Counted from the first letter of the stretch, positions 1-10,599 are shown. The stretch: 64,000 nt of DNA from an uncultured bacterium (GCA_965541585.1 CBEUCH010000002.1:242574-306573), one strand, 5' to 3'. Made by a program: numbers and translations. Notes: a model not told the origin generated them from the sequence alone.

Positions 1-2
1 CA

Positions 3-254
3 GGAAAGCGAGATCGTTTTCCGCCCGGGACACTGTCGTTTATACGGAGAGTAAAAAAGCTTTCGCCTGTTCCCGTACTTGTCGGCTTCGGGATTTCCAG
101 TCCCGCCATGGCCGCCATGGCGGCACGCTACTCAGATGGTGTCATAATTGGCAGCGCCCTGATTGATATCATTCGAAACAACGGTGATCCGCGCAAAGCA
201 TCGATACAATTGAAATCGTTTCTTCAATCCATAGAAAAGGAGATGAATTCTTGA
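3..254 (+). CDS. trpA: Tryptophan synthase alpha chain, C-terminal part (5'-truncated by window edge)
   Basis: Manual translation of frame 3 gives ...PVPVLVGFGISSPAMAAMAARYSDGVIIGSALIDII...EKEMNS*, matching the TrpA VGFGIS and DGVIVGSA motifs; stop overlaps the aroH start. Confidence 0.9.
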   Translation, partial: GKRDRFPPGTLSFIRRVKKLSPVPVLVGFGISSPAMAAMAARYSDGVIIGSALIDIIRNNGDPRKASIQLKSFLQSIEKEMNS

Positions 255-619
255 GAACAAGAGGTGTAAGAGGGGCAATAGTCGTGAAGGAGAATACACG
301 CGAGGCGATTTTCGAAGCCACCGTGGAGCTTCTGGAGGAAATACTAAAGAAAAACTCGATTCCCACCGAGGAAATCGCGTCGATATTTTTGACGGCGACC
401 ACCGACGTTGATGCGGAATTCCCGGCCTATGCCGCTCGTCGCATGGGTTTGACCTCGGTTCCTCTCCTATGCGCTCGGGAGATGGAAGTCCCCGGCGCTA
501 TGAAAGGCGTTATCAGAGCTTTGATACATTTTAATACCGAGAAAAAACAATCGGAAATTATAAATCGATACCTGGGAGAGGCGCAGAAGCTTCGTCCCGA
601 CCAAGGAGTAGAAAATTGA
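251..619 (+). CDS. aroH: Chorismate mutase, AroH type
   Basis: RGVRGAI, FPAYAAR and LLCAREMEVPG motifs; 122 aa; operon context. Confidence 0.93.
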   Translation: MRTRGVRGAIVVKENTREAIFEATVELLEEILKKNSIPTEEIASIFLTATTDVDAEFPAYAARRMGLTSVPLLCAREMEVPGAMKGVIRALIHFNTEKKQSEIINRYLGEAQKLRPDQGVEN

Positions 620-1632
620 TGATCGTAGTAATGGAGAAAAAGGCCACCGCCAGGCAGATTGGGGCGGTGATAACGAAGATCCAATCGCAAGGTTGCCAGG
701 CGCATATCTCGGAGGGGACGGAGAAAACCATTATAGGCGTAATGGGCAACGGTTCTGGGCTTGACAAATCAAAATTGCGGATACTGGACGGCGTGGAAGA
801 TATTATACCGATTCTCAAGCCGTACAAGCTGACATCGCGAGAATTCAAGTCGGAGCAGACAGTGGTCACGGTCAATGGCGCGCGAATAGGCGGAACAAAG
901 ATAGCAGTAATTGCCGGTCCCTGCGCGGTTGAATCGTACGAGCAAACGCTGGCGGCTGCGAAGGCGGCAAAGGCCCATGGTGCAGGGTTGATGCGCGGGG
1001 GAGCCTTTAAACCTCGCACGTCGCCTTATTCATTTCAAGGGAAGGGAAAGGAGGGGCTGGAGATCCTGGCTCAGGTGAAAAGAGAAGTGGGGTTACCCAT
1101 AGTGACGGAGGTTATTTCCCCGGAAGACGTGGAACTTGTGGCGCAATATGTCGATGTCCTTCAGATCGGAGCCAGGAACATGCAGAATTTCGCTCTTCTG
1201 GAAGTGGTGGGGAAAAGCGATAAACCCGCGCTGCTCAAGAGGGGGATGATGTCCACTGTAGAGGAGTTGTTGATGTCGGCGGAATATCTTCTTTCCAACG
1301 GCAATCGAAATGTTATTTTGTGCGAGAGGGGCATCCGGACGTTCGCAAAAATCACCCGGAACACTCCCGATCTCGCGGCCATACCCGTTATAAAGAAACT
1401 ATCGCACCTCCCGGTAATTTTCGATCCGTCTCATTCTACAGGTAGAAGAGATCTTATTCTTCCCATGTCGGCGGCAGCGATAGCCTGTGGAGCGGACGGT
1501 ATAATTGTCGAGATACATCCTGCACCCGAGGAAGCGCTATGCGACGGCGAACAGAGCCTTACGTTCGATGCATTCGCTGAAATGATGAAATCTCTATCGC
1601 GCCTTGCGGGCGCTGTGGAGAGGAGCCTGTGA
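619..1632 (+). CDS. aroF: DAHP synthase (type I-beta, N-terminal regulatory domain)
   Basis: IAGPCAVES, RGGAFKPRTSPYSFQG, QIGARNMQNF, LCERGIRTF, DPSHSTG motifs. Confidence 0.96.
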   Translation: MIVVMEKKATARQIGAVITKIQSQGCQAHISEGTEKTIIGVMGNGSGLDKSKLRILDGVEDIIPILKPYKLTSREFKSEQTVVTVNGARIGGTKIAVIAGPCAVESYEQTLAAAKAAKAHGAGLMRGGAFKPRTSPYSFQGKGKEGLEILAQVKREVGLPIVTEVISPEDVELVAQYVDVLQIGARNMQNFALLEVVGKSDKPALLKRGMMSTVEELLMSAEYLLSNGNRNVILCERGIRTFAKITRNTPDLAAIPVIKKLSHLPVIFDPSHSTGRRDLILPMSAAAIACGADGIIVEIHPAPEEALCDGEQSLTFDAFAEMMKSLSRLAGAVERSL

Positions 1633-2495
1633 GCAGACAGCCGGCCCATACCGTCGGAATGCTTGGCCTGGGTCAGATGGGGGGTTCGCTGGCCATGGCT
1701 CTGAAATCCAGCAGGCAATCCTGGACCGTTTCAGGTTACGATATCAAAAGATCGCTTACAAAGCGGGCAAAACAGGATGGGATTATAGATAAGGCAAATG
1801 TTTCCGAGGTAGATCTGATCGAGGGATCGCAGACGGTCGTCCTGGCATTACCTGTCAATATTATTCTGGAGGTTATGGCACGCCATAAACGTATGCTTTC
1901 GACAAAAACGCTGGTTGTGGATCTGGGAAGCGTGCGCGGTTCCATCCAGAGGGTCTCATCCAGATTGAGAATGAAAAACCATGTCGGTATTCATCCCATT
2001 TGCGGCACCGCCCTTAGGGGAGGATCGGCGTGGAATGGGAGATTATACGAAGGGGCCTCCTGTTTCGTCTTTTCGAATGAGTCGACTAATGCCAGAGCTA
2101 TAACCTTTGCGAGAAAACTTATAAGGGCTACAGGCGGCCAGCCTGAGACTATCGATTTTCATAATCATGATCGCGCCTTTGCCGTAACAAGTGGTCTTCC
2201 ACATATTCTTGCATATTCCTTAATGAAAGTGAGGACCGGTTCACGATATATCCCGGTTGAATTGGAGGGCCCGAGTTTTGCGGGGGCTACCAGAGTTTCA
2301 GCCAGCGACCCTGTAATGGCGGGGCAGATGCTGTATCATAATCGTGATAATCTGCTGAAGGCGGTCTCGAGGATTGAAAAGAATATCGTAAGAATCAAAG
2401 AACTTCTTTCAAAGGGCGATCTTGAGAAGCTTATTCTGACGCTGGAGAGTTATGGGAAAACGAGTCGAAGGTCGGTTAAAGCTCCCCGGGGATAA
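1629..2495 (+). CDS. tyrA: Prephenate/arogenate dehydrogenase
   Basis: GLGQMGGS Rossmann motif, DLGSV, HPICG, HDRAFAVTSGLPH. Confidence 0.88.
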   Translation: MSRQPAHTVGMLGLGQMGGSLAMALKSSRQSWTVSGYDIKRSLTKRAKQDGIIDKANVSEVDLIEGSQTVVLALPVNIILEVMARHKRMLSTKTLVVDLGSVRGSIQRVSSRLRMKNHVGIHPICGTALRGGSAWNGRLYEGASCFVFSNESTNARAITFARKLIRATGGQPETIDFHNHDRAFAVTSGLPHILAYSLMKVRTGSRYIPVELEGPSFAGATRVSASDPVMAGQMLYHNRDNLLKAVSRIEKNIVRIKELLSKGDLEKLILTLESYGKTSRRSVKAPRG

Positions 2496-3717
2496 ATCGA
2501 TATCGCATCGCGCCCTTATACTGGCGGCGATATCGGACGGGGAATGCACAATTGAGAACCTGTCGCCGGGTCTGGATACTGAGTCAACGGCAAAATGCCT
2601 GAGCGACCTGGGAGTGAAAATGTGCACGAAGAATGGAAAGCGCCGGATTTCCGGATTGGGTTTCCGCAATTTCAAAATCCCCGCTGCAATCCTCAACTGT
2701 GGTAATTCGGGGACGACTCTCAGGCTTCTTACAGGTTTACTGGCGGGCTCCAACATTGAGGCCGTTCTCGACGGGGATGAATCTTTAAGGCGCCGTCCGA
2801 TCAATAGGGTCATAGATCCCTTGAAAAATATGGGAGCCGATATCGAAACCACCGATGGCAATGACGGATGCCCCGTAAGAGTTCATGGCATGCAGCTTAA
2901 GGGCGTCTCTCAAATATTGAATGTACCGAGCGCGCAGGTGAAAACGGCCGTCTTGCTCGCGGGGCTTTTAGCCGAAGGAACGACTGAATTGATACAATCC
3001 GCAGACACGAGAGACCATACCGAGAGAATTCTATCACATCTCGATGTCGATATAAAAACGGATTACGGGATAATAACTCTTAAACCGCCTGAGAACCTCA
3101 AACCGTTCGATGTCAGCGTTCCTGCAGATCCATCCTCAGCCGCGTTCCCTGTTGTGGCCGCTCTATTGTTGCCTGGTTCCGAATTGACTCTGTATGATCT
3201 TTTACTGAATCCAGGTCGCATTGGATATATGCGAATATTAGAGTCAATGGGGGCCGATATTGAAGTCGTGAACAAGAATAAACAATATGGTGAGACGGTT
3301 GGTGAGATTGTCGTTAAATCTTCATTATTAAAAACCATAGACGTGGAGGCAGGCGAGGCACCATCATATATAGATGAAGCCCCGATCCTGGCTCTGGCAG
3401 CAAGCCAGGCGGCGGGACAAAGTGTATTTCGGGGACTTTCCGAGTTGAGAGTTAAGGAATCGGACAGGTTAACGAATATTATGAGAATCATCAACATTAT
3501 GGGAGGAAAAGCGTCAATCAACGAAGACGACCTGGTTATAGAAGGTCCGTCGAGGTTGAAATATTACGATGGAGATTGTTATGGAGATCACAGGCTGGCA
3601 ATGATGATTGAGACAGGTAACATTATTTCGTCCGGAGCAATGAGCGAGAAATATGGCGACGTGGCGGAGGTTTCATTCAAAGGTTTCTATGATACTATGA
3701 AGGGAGCGCTGATTTAA
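2452..3717 (+). CDS. aroA: EPSP synthase
   Basis: LPGDKSISHR, NCGNSGTTLR, SAQVK, TRDHTE, LRVKESDR, DHRLAM motifs. Confidence 0.96.
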   Translation: MGKRVEGRLKLPGDKSISHRALILAAISDGECTIENLSPGLDTESTAKCLSDLGVKMCTKNGKRRISGLGFRNFKIPAAILNCGNSGTTLRLLTGLLAGSNIEAVLDGDESLRRRPINRVIDPLKNMGADIETTDGNDGCPVRVHGMQLKGVSQILNVPSAQVKTAVLLAGLLAEGTTELIQSADTRDHTERILSHLDVDIKTDYGIITLKPPENLKPFDVSVPADPSSAAFPVVAALLLPGSELTLYDLLLNPGRIGYMRILESMGADIEVVNKNKQYGETVGEIVVKSSLLKTIDVEAGEAPSYIDEAPILALAASQAAGQSVFRGLSELRVKESDRLTNIMRIINIMGGKASINEDDLVIEGPSRLKYYDGDCYGDHRLAMMIETGNIISSGAMSEKYGDVAEVSFKGFYDTMKGALI

Positions 3718-4515
3718 ATGAAACCGCCCCGATTATATGGCCTTCTGGGGCATAATATATCGTATTCGCTGTCGCCGTATATGTTCAATACCATATTTAG
3801 GAAGCGGGGGATGAACAGTCTGTATATGCCTTTTGATATAAAGCGAAACCATCTCCGGAAATTTACCGAGTCCGTGAGATTACTGGGAATCTCGGGTTTC
3901 AATGTAACGATTCCGCATAAGCTACAAGTAGCCAGATATCTCGATGACCTCGATAATTCCGCAAAGTCGGTTGGTGCGGTTAATCTCGTTATCTTTAGGA
4001 AAGGCAAACTTGTAGGATATAACGTTGATCTGCATGGAATAAAAGGGACAGTAGAGAACCATCTGAAATTTCCGCTTAATAATCGTCGGGTGGTCTTGAT
4101 CGGGGCCGGAGGTGCGGCGAGAGCTGTCATCGAATACCTTCGTAAGTCAAAACCGGGATCGGTCATTCTGACGAATAGAACGATAAAACGAGCAAGAGAG
4201 CTGCAGGATATATCGCGGGTACCAATTGCAAAGATCGTGCGTCTTGAAAAACTGAGCCGATGCATTGAAGATCTCGGTGTCGATATAGTCATAAATGCCA
4301 CACCTGTGTCGACGCCCTCTATTTTGAAAAGTATCCCTTCCGGATTGAGGATATTCGACATGTCTTACAAACCGTCTGAATTTCCATACGGAAAGAGCCG
4401 TATCCGTTGCGACGGTAAATATATGCTGGCGGCTCAGGCGGCTCGCAGTTTTTCAATACTCTGTGGGGTAAAGATACCGGCTGATGAAATGTTCAAATTA
4501 ATCAGGGGGAAATGA
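3718..4515 (+). CDS. aroE: Shikimate dehydrogenase
   Basis: SLSP, NVTIPHK, GAVN, GAGGAARA, INATP motifs. Confidence 0.93.
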   Translation: MKPPRLYGLLGHNISYSLSPYMFNTIFRKRGMNSLYMPFDIKRNHLRKFTESVRLLGISGFNVTIPHKLQVARYLDDLDNSAKSVGAVNLVIFRKGKLVGYNVDLHGIKGTVENHLKFPLNNRRVVLIGAGGAARAVIEYLRKSKPGSVILTNRTIKRARELQDISRVPIAKIVRLEKLSRCIEDLGVDIVINATPVSTPSILKSIPSGLRIFDMSYKPSEFPYGKSRIRCDGKYMLAAQAARSFSILCGVKIPADEMFKLIRGK

Positions 4516-4516
4516 A

Positions 4517-5647
4517 TTGCGTTATCTTAGTTCCGGTGAATCTCACGGGCCTGCGTTGACCGTAATTATCGAAGGTCTACCGGCGGGCATCAAGATAGAT
4601 CGGCGTCTGATTACAAAGGCGCTCAGTAACAGGCAAAAGGGATTTGGGCGGGGAGACAGGATGAAAATCGAATCCGACAGGCCCGAGTTCCTCTCCGGAT
4701 TGATGCGCGGGAAAACAACAGGCAGTCCGCTTACTATTATGATACGCAATCGCGATTGGGATAACTGGAAAGATAGAAAACACCCTAAAAAGACGGTTCC
4801 CAGGCCCGGTCATGCAGACCTCACGGGTATGTTAAAATACGATACCGATGATATTCAGATGATAATCGAGAGAGCGTCGGCGAGGGAGACGGCTGCAAAA
4901 GTGGCGGCAGGAAGCATCGCGAAAATTTATCTTCAAAGTTTTGGCATTAAAATAATTGGCCATACTGTTGGGTTGGGAGGAGTTTTCGTCGATGATGTCC
5001 CGGACGACTACGATCGAATAAAGGCATTGGTTGAGAAATCGGATCTCCGATGTGCAGATAGAAACTCGGCTGCCGAGATGAAGAAAAGAATTAAGAAGGC
5101 TATGGATAAAGGAGACACGGTAGGGGGGGCGGTAGAGGTCAGGGTATTCGCAGTCCCGCCGGGGATAGGAAGCTACGTGCAGTGGGATCGTCGTCTTGAC
5201 GGGCGTCTGGCACAGGCCTTGATGTCAATACCCTCTGTTAAGGCTGTCGAGCTGGGGGAGGGGTTTGCCAATGCAGCGCGCCCGGGAAGCGACGTTCATG
5301 ACCCTGTATATTACTCGTCGAAGACCGGATATTTCCGCAAGAGTAACCGCGCCGGCGGGATCGAGGGGGGAATGTCTAACGGGGAGACGATTCTCGTCAG
5401 GGCCTACTTAAAGCCGATATCGACCTTGCGCAATCCGCTTGATTCCGTTGATACAAAGAATCACAGGGCGGTAAAAGCACCTTATGTCAGATCGGATACG
5501 GCCGTTATACCGGCGGCGAGCGTAGTGGCCGAGGCGGCGACAGCCTGGACTATCGCGACCTGCTTTGCTGAAAAGTTTGGCGGCGATTCTATCGAAGAAT
5601 CGCTGAGAAACTACAAAGGTTACCTCAAACAGATTAAAAAACGATGA
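4517..5647 (+). CDS. aroC: Chorismate synthase
   Basis: GESHG, PRPGHAD, ERASARETA, AGGIEGGMSNG motifs. Confidence 0.97.
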   Translation: MRYLSSGESHGPALTVIIEGLPAGIKIDRRLITKALSNRQKGFGRGDRMKIESDRPEFLSGLMRGKTTGSPLTIMIRNRDWDNWKDRKHPKKTVPRPGHADLTGMLKYDTDDIQMIIERASARETAAKVAAGSIAKIYLQSFGIKIIGHTVGLGGVFVDDVPDDYDRIKALVEKSDLRCADRNSAAEMKKRIKKAMDKGDTVGGAVEVRVFAVPPGIGSYVQWDRRLDGRLAQALMSIPSVKAVELGEGFANAARPGSDVHDPVYYSSKTGYFRKSNRAGGIEGGMSNGETILVRAYLKPISTLRNPLDSVDTKNHRAVKAPYVRSDTAVIPAASVVAEAATAWTIATCFAEKFGGDSIEESLRNYKGYLKQIKKR

Positions 5648-6159
5648 ACGATAAAAGGAACATAATCATATGCGGCTTTATGGGCACCGGTAAGAGCGTG
5701 GTCGGAAAGGCCGTTTCATTAGCTCTCGGTTTTGATTTTGTGGATACCGATAGTCTCGTTGAGAACAGGTGCGGAAAGACCATTGCAGAAATATTCCATG
5801 ACGATGGAGAGGAATACTTTCGAGATCGGGAGAAGGAGATTCTATCTCATTTGCCGGTGCACAATACTGTCATAGCTGCAGGGGGAGGGATGATTATCGA
5901 TCGGGGAAATTACAGACGGCTTTCAGGATTGGGCCTGATGATACTTCTAACGGCGTCGGTGGATACCATATGCAAAAGGATTGGGAATAATGGTTCCCGA
6001 CCGCTGCTATCCGGCGAAAACTTGAATGAAAAGGTGCAGGGTTTACTTTCTCTCAGGCAGCCTGTTTATGACAGAATTGAATATAGGGTTAATACCGATC
6101 GAATGAATGTTGCCGATGTTTGCGACGCCGTGACAAAAATATATCGGGAAAACGCATGA
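5644..6159 (+). CDS. aroK: Shikimate kinase
   Basis: GFMGTGKS P-loop, DTD, GGG, RPLL motifs. Confidence 0.95.
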   Translation: MNDKRNIIICGFMGTGKSVVGKAVSLALGFDFVDTDSLVENRCGKTIAEIFHDDGEEYFRDREKEILSHLPVHNTVIAAGGGMIIDRGNYRRLSGLGLMILLTASVDTICKRIGNNGSRPLLSGENLNEKVQGLLSLRQPVYDRIEYRVNTDRMNVADVCDAVTKIYRENA

Positions 6160-7232
6160 AAACAGAAATAACTGATTCTGATATAATGGTTGGCAGGGAC
6201 CTGTTCAGCAGCTTGAAGGATATTATTGACTTCACTTCTTATTCATCATCTTTCTTGCTCACGGACAACAATATATTTACGGTGTATTCTGATAAGATAG
6301 GGAGGATCTTCGGCGAGGAAATGGAAAGCGGAAGATATTTATCCCTTCCCGCTGGTGAAAAAAGTAAAACGCTACAATTTGTGGGCCGGATAGGTGAGAA
6401 GATGCTGTTGTCGGGATTGGATAGGCGTTCGGTTCTTATAGCTCTGGGCGGCGGTGTGATCACTGATATCGGAGGGCTGGCTGCATCGATGTACATGCGG
6501 GGTATTGATTTCGTAAACATACCGACCACGCTTGTAGGTCAAATCGACGCTTCCCTGGGTGGGAAATGCGGAGTTAATCTAAAATCCGCCAAGAACATCA
6601 TGGGGCTGTTCTCTCTGCCCCGGAAAATTATTATCGATCCCGGCTTTCTGGATACCTTAACGAGTCAGCAGATATGTGATGGCATGGTGGAGCTTCTGAA
6701 GATCGCCGCTGTGGCTGATTCCGATCTGTTCAGCAGGCTGGAATCTATTCAGTGCGATCTTGAGGGCGTGAATGATTCTATAAAGCTGGAGTTGATAGAA
6801 AGAGCCGCCCGATTGAAACTAACTGTTGTCGACAAGGATTTTCGGGAGAACGGTTACCGGATGGTCCTCAATTTCGGGCATACTACGGGACACGCGATGG
6901 AGGCGTGCGCCGGATACGGAAAATTCAGCCATGGCCAGGCCGTAGGCGTCGGAATTTTAGTGGCGGCCGAGCTATCCGATATCATCTGCCGGTTCAACGC
7001 CGGGGATAAAGGGAGATTGAAGAATGCGGTGAAATCGCTTCTGGAAAAGACGAACATCCCGGGTATTGGTGGCGGCGAGTTGTGGGATAGGATCCAATAT
7101 GATAAGAAGAAGGACTTGGGAGACGTCAAATTCACGCTTCTGGAAGACCTGGGAAAGCCGCAAATTAAGACTGTGTCAAGGGATCAATTCTTGGCTGCCT
7201 ATGATACAGTTTGTAAGGAGCTTTCAAGATGA
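6156..7232 (+). CDS. aroB: 3-dehydroquinate synthase
   Basis: GEKSK, ALGGGVITD, PTTL..QIDASLGGK, LNFGHTTGHA, HGQAV; ATG at 6156 overlaps the aroK stop. Confidence 0.95.
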   Translation: MKTEITDSDIMVGRDLFSSLKDIIDFTSYSSSFLLTDNNIFTVYSDKIGRIFGEEMESGRYLSLPAGEKSKTLQFVGRIGEKMLLSGLDRRSVLIALGGGVITDIGGLAASMYMRGIDFVNIPTTLVGQIDASLGGKCGVNLKSAKNIMGLFSLPRKIIIDPGFLDTLTSQQICDGMVELLKIAAVADSDLFSRLESIQCDLEGVNDSIKLELIERAARLKLTVVDKDFRENGYRMVLNFGHTTGHAMEACAGYGKFSHGQAVGVGILVAAELSDIICRFNAGDKGRLKNAVKSLLEKTNIPGIGGGELWDRIQYDKKKDLGDVKFTLLEDLGKPQIKTVSRDQFLAAYDTVCKELSR

Positions 7233-7669
7233 AAAAAGTCTTCGTTATTCACGGACCGAACCTCAATTTACTGGGAAAAAGGGAACCCGATATCTATGGC
7301 GGCTCAACGCTTGATGAAATAAACGAGCGCATATCCCGAGAGGCGAAAAGAATCGGGATCGAATGCGAGTTTTTCCAGAGCAATATAGAGGGGGAACTGG
7401 TTGATATCGTCCAGAAGGCAGGGGAGAAGGCTGACGGCATCATAATAAATCCTGCCGGCTATAGTCATACGTCGGTGGCGCTGCTCGACGCTCTTAAGGC
7501 TGTCGATATTCCCAGAGTCGAGGTTCATCTTTCGAACATCTTCGCGCGCGAAGAGTTTCGACGCACCTCGTTGACGGCATCCGGGTGCACCGGATCGATA
7601 TCCGGCTTGGGAGTTGAAGGCTATCTGCTGGCCCTGCGTTATATTTCAGTCCTTTTGGATCGCGACTGA
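7229..7669 (+). CDS. aroQ: Type II 3-dehydroquinate dehydratase
   Basis: HGPNLNLLGKREPDIYG, INPAGYSHTS, EVHLSNIFAREEFR motifs. Confidence 0.97.
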   Translation: MKKVFVIHGPNLNLLGKREPDIYGGSTLDEINERISREAKRIGIECEFFQSNIEGELVDIVQKAGEKADGIIINPAGYSHTSVALLDALKAVDIPRVEVHLSNIFAREEFRRTSLTASGCTGSISGLGVEGYLLALRYISVLLDRD

Positions 7670-8058
7670 AAGCTGGATGCTGAAATAGCCGGATAATTCA
7701 ATTCTGTAATCAATATTAATTCTCATTTTTCTCCAGCATCTAAAGCCTAGAAACGGTTTTGGCCGGCATGCAAGCGTCGGAAAATAAGATCCCGATAAAA
7801 TGTCCTTGACATGCCCCGACGAGCACGTCTTTTTATATGCGAAGTTTCCCATCCCCCCGGGAATGTTTTTGAAATACCGGCCTTTAGCGGGCTGGATATT
7901 AAGACCGGTCCCATGAGGTGCCTTTGATGATGGTGAGGACACTACAAAGGCAAGGACAGAAAAGTGTTTATTGATTCTCGGTTTGGACCGTCCCAGAGTT
8001 TGGTCGACGGACAGCGAATCAAATTTCAATTCTTTTATTCGTTGAGGAGGAGAATAAA

Positions 8059-10599
8059 ATGTTCAGATTATTTGTGATTCTATTGTTCCTATCGAATTCG
8101 GTTCTGGCAAATGTTGTATTTGCCGATCCTGTCAGGGAGCGAGATGAATTAGATTCTCTCACCGTTTTGAAGGTTTTGAAGTCAGAACAACTGGTAGGAC
8201 TGCAAGCAGATAAAATTGTTGATCTTCTTTGTGACTTAAGCACTTCCTTTTCCCATCAAGCGCCATCGATTGACACGCCGGACAGGTTTTCACTTGTGAT
8301 TCTGCACACAAACGATCGATTGGGCTACCTCACGAACCTTTTCGATACCAGTGACTCACTTGTTCACAGGCCTATCATTATTGCCCACTTAGCGCAGAAA
8401 ATCAGAGAATGCTTTCAAAAAGACTCAACGGTAAAAGTTTTGCTATTGGATGCCGGAAACGCCATTGGTCCAAACCCACTTTCCGCTGATACTGCAGCAC
8501 CAGGTGCCGGCACGAGAGCTATAAAATCTCTTGAATGGGCAGGTTACGATGCAATGGCAATGGCGGTCCATGAGTTCGACTATGAAAATTTTCCATGGCT
8601 GACAAAGATAGAATCAAAACTTTCCGTGCTCTCGGCAAACGTTCATATCACGGAAGCCCCGCTAAAAGATCGTGCTGTTTCCCTGAAACCCAGCAAGACA
8701 ATCACTCTGGATGGTATTTCTGATGGAAAAATTGTCATCGTTGGAGTCACAAGCTCGGATACAACAAATATCCTTGAGAGTCGTAGAAAGGGTTTGAAAT
8801 TCACCAACCCGCTTAAAGCTTTGGAAGGATTGTTAAGTTCTCTAAAGAATAAGAACCCAAAACCAGTAGTCATAGTCCTGGGGAAATTAGATCATACGAC
8901 AGAATCAAGATTGGCAAACGAATTTCCCGGTGTCCATGTAATCGTAGGTGGAGTAGGTCATAACGAGGGAAAATCTCCCGATCGTATGGAAGGACAGAGC
9001 TTCCTTATGGATGGCACGCCAATACTGTCTGCAAAGCCGTATTGCCTTTCTCTGGGCTTTTGCCATCTGACTTTCGAGAAATCTGCGACCAGTAATTCGG
9101 ACTCGGTTTTTAAGATAACCAGAGGATTTTTTGCATCCATACCGATAGTAGAAGACATGGTAGACACAGCTTCTCTTGATCCACAACTAAAAGAGGCGAA
9201 TCATTACCTTAATGAGCGGACCCAAGATCTTCTAGGAGAAAAAAGAAACCCGAAGGCCCCCGTAGCAACAGATACAATAAGGGAAGCTGGAGTCGTGGCT
9301 GAAATTATCAGACGGAGAATAAGGGCACAGGTGTCATTGTTGAACAAAGACGCGCTGGACTTGACTGTTCCCTGGAAGAGTCGAGGAAAAACAAAAACCT
9401 ATTTAATACGGGAAGGAGATAAGATTACACCGGCTCATCTGGAAGTAATGTTTCCTTATCCGGACAAACTTATTACCCTTATGCTCTCCGGGGAAAATTT
9501 AAAAGCGGTTCTGGACAGATCTCAACAAAATGAGAAATCGCCGGCGGAACTGGTTTATGCCGGCGTAGAATGGGACAAAAGCAAAGCAACGTGGCTGGTG
9601 AATGACAGGCCGTTGAAAGATGATGAGACCTACAAGGTGGTGACAAACAATTTCTTAGCCAGCGAAGGAGCGGGATACTCCCAGTTGAGGTCGGAGGATT
9701 TGGAGGGACCGGACGTGCGAAAAGAAGTAGAACTGTTTCTAAGCGATGAGGCTGATTACCCGCGATATGATTCAAAACGTTCTTTCGAGGAAGGATTCCT
9801 CAAAATCAATTATACTTTTGCGGGCAGCTTTTTGAGGAACCAGAGCTGGAATCATAATAGTTATACAGGCACAGTTCTTCCCTGGAAACCAGAGTATCAA
9901 CTAACCTTTAAAGAATATATGCTCAGGGGGGATTTTAAAGCCACCTATGTCAAGGGCAAGAGCGATATTTCTCTGTCAATTACCGATTTTGACTACGATA
10001 CCAGAATCCTGGCTGACAGTACCGATGTCAGAAGAGATGAGGCCACTCTAATATTAAAGTACGAACGCACGCGGGAATTAGGACTCGGTTCTGTGTTAAT
10101 ATCCCCATACACCGCTTACCAATATATTCCTGATCTATCCGAGCTTTTTCGCAAACGAGCCTTTTTTGGCGATAATAGGATAGAGATTGGCGCATTCTTT
10201 TTCGATGATAAGGAGTGCTTAAAGGTCAAAGCAGCACCCCTGACGTTTCGATTGAACAAGGATACGACACCTTCGCCCTGGCAATATGGTTTTCTTATAG
10301 GACTTAATGTAAAGGAGAAACTACCGGAACCTCTGACGAAACTGATTCCTATCTTAACGTTAGAAGATACTAAGATTAACGTAGGCATAGAATTTTTCTG
10401 GTATTCTATTAAGGGGGGATTTATCATACAATCTGCGGACAAAGGAATAAGTATTCGTACTCCCCTTATATCGTCGATCCATCTTGACATGGGTTTTGAT
10501 CTGCGTTTCTATTATAGCCGGGCGGTTGGTAAATGGAGCTACAATATCAGACCAACCCTTGAGATTAAATATGAGGGAATATCAAGAATCTTTAAGTAA
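8059..10599 (+). CDS. Secreted 5'-nucleotidase/metallophosphoesterase-like protein with degenerate active site and C-terminal putative outer-membrane beta-barrel
   Basis: Signal peptide; ILHTND, LLDAGN, HEFD and LSANV motifs; 5'-nucleotidase C-domain-like YKVVTNNFLASEG; aromatic amphipathic strands in the last ~270 aa; GAGGAG RBS. Confidence 0.7.
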   Translation: MFRLFVILLFLSNSVLANVVFADPVRERDELDSLTVLKVLKSEQLVGLQADKIVDLLCDLSTSFSHQAPSIDTPDRFSLVILHTNDRLGYLTNLFDTSDSLVHRPIIIAHLAQKIRECFQKDSTVKVLLLDAGNAIGPNPLSADTAAPGAGTRAIKSLEWAGYDAMAMAVHEFDYENFPWLTKIESKLSVLSANVHITEAPLKDRAVSLKPSKTITLDGISDGKIVIVGVTSSDTTNILESRRKGLKFTNPLKALEGLLSSLKNKNPKPVVIVLGKLDHTTESRLANEFPGVHVIVGGVGHNEGKSPDRMEGQSFLMDGTPILSAKPYCLSLGFCHLTFEKSATSNSDSVFKITRGFFASIPIVEDMVDTASLDPQLKEANHYLNERTQDLLGEKRNPKAPVATDTIREAGVVAEIIRRRIRAQVSLLNKDALDLTVPWKSRGKTKTYLIREGDKITPAHLEVMFPYPDKLITLMLSGENLKAVLDRSQQNEKSPAELVYAGVEWDKSKATWLVNDRPLKDDETYKVVTNNFLASEGAGYSQLRSEDLEGPDVRKEVELFLSDEADYPRYDSKRSFEEGFLKINYTFAGSFLRNQSWNHNSYTGTVLPWKPEYQLTFKEYMLRGDFKATYVKGKSDISLSITDFDYDTRILADSTDVRRDEATLILKYERTRELGLGSVLISPYTAYQYIPDLSELFRKRAFFGDNRIEIGAFFFDDKECLKVKAAPLTFRLNKDTTPSPWQYGFLIGLNVKEKLPEPLTKLIPILTLEDTKINVGIEFFWYSIKGGFIIQSADKGISIRTPLISSIHLDMGFDLRFYYSRAVGKWSYNIRPTLEIKYEGISRIFK

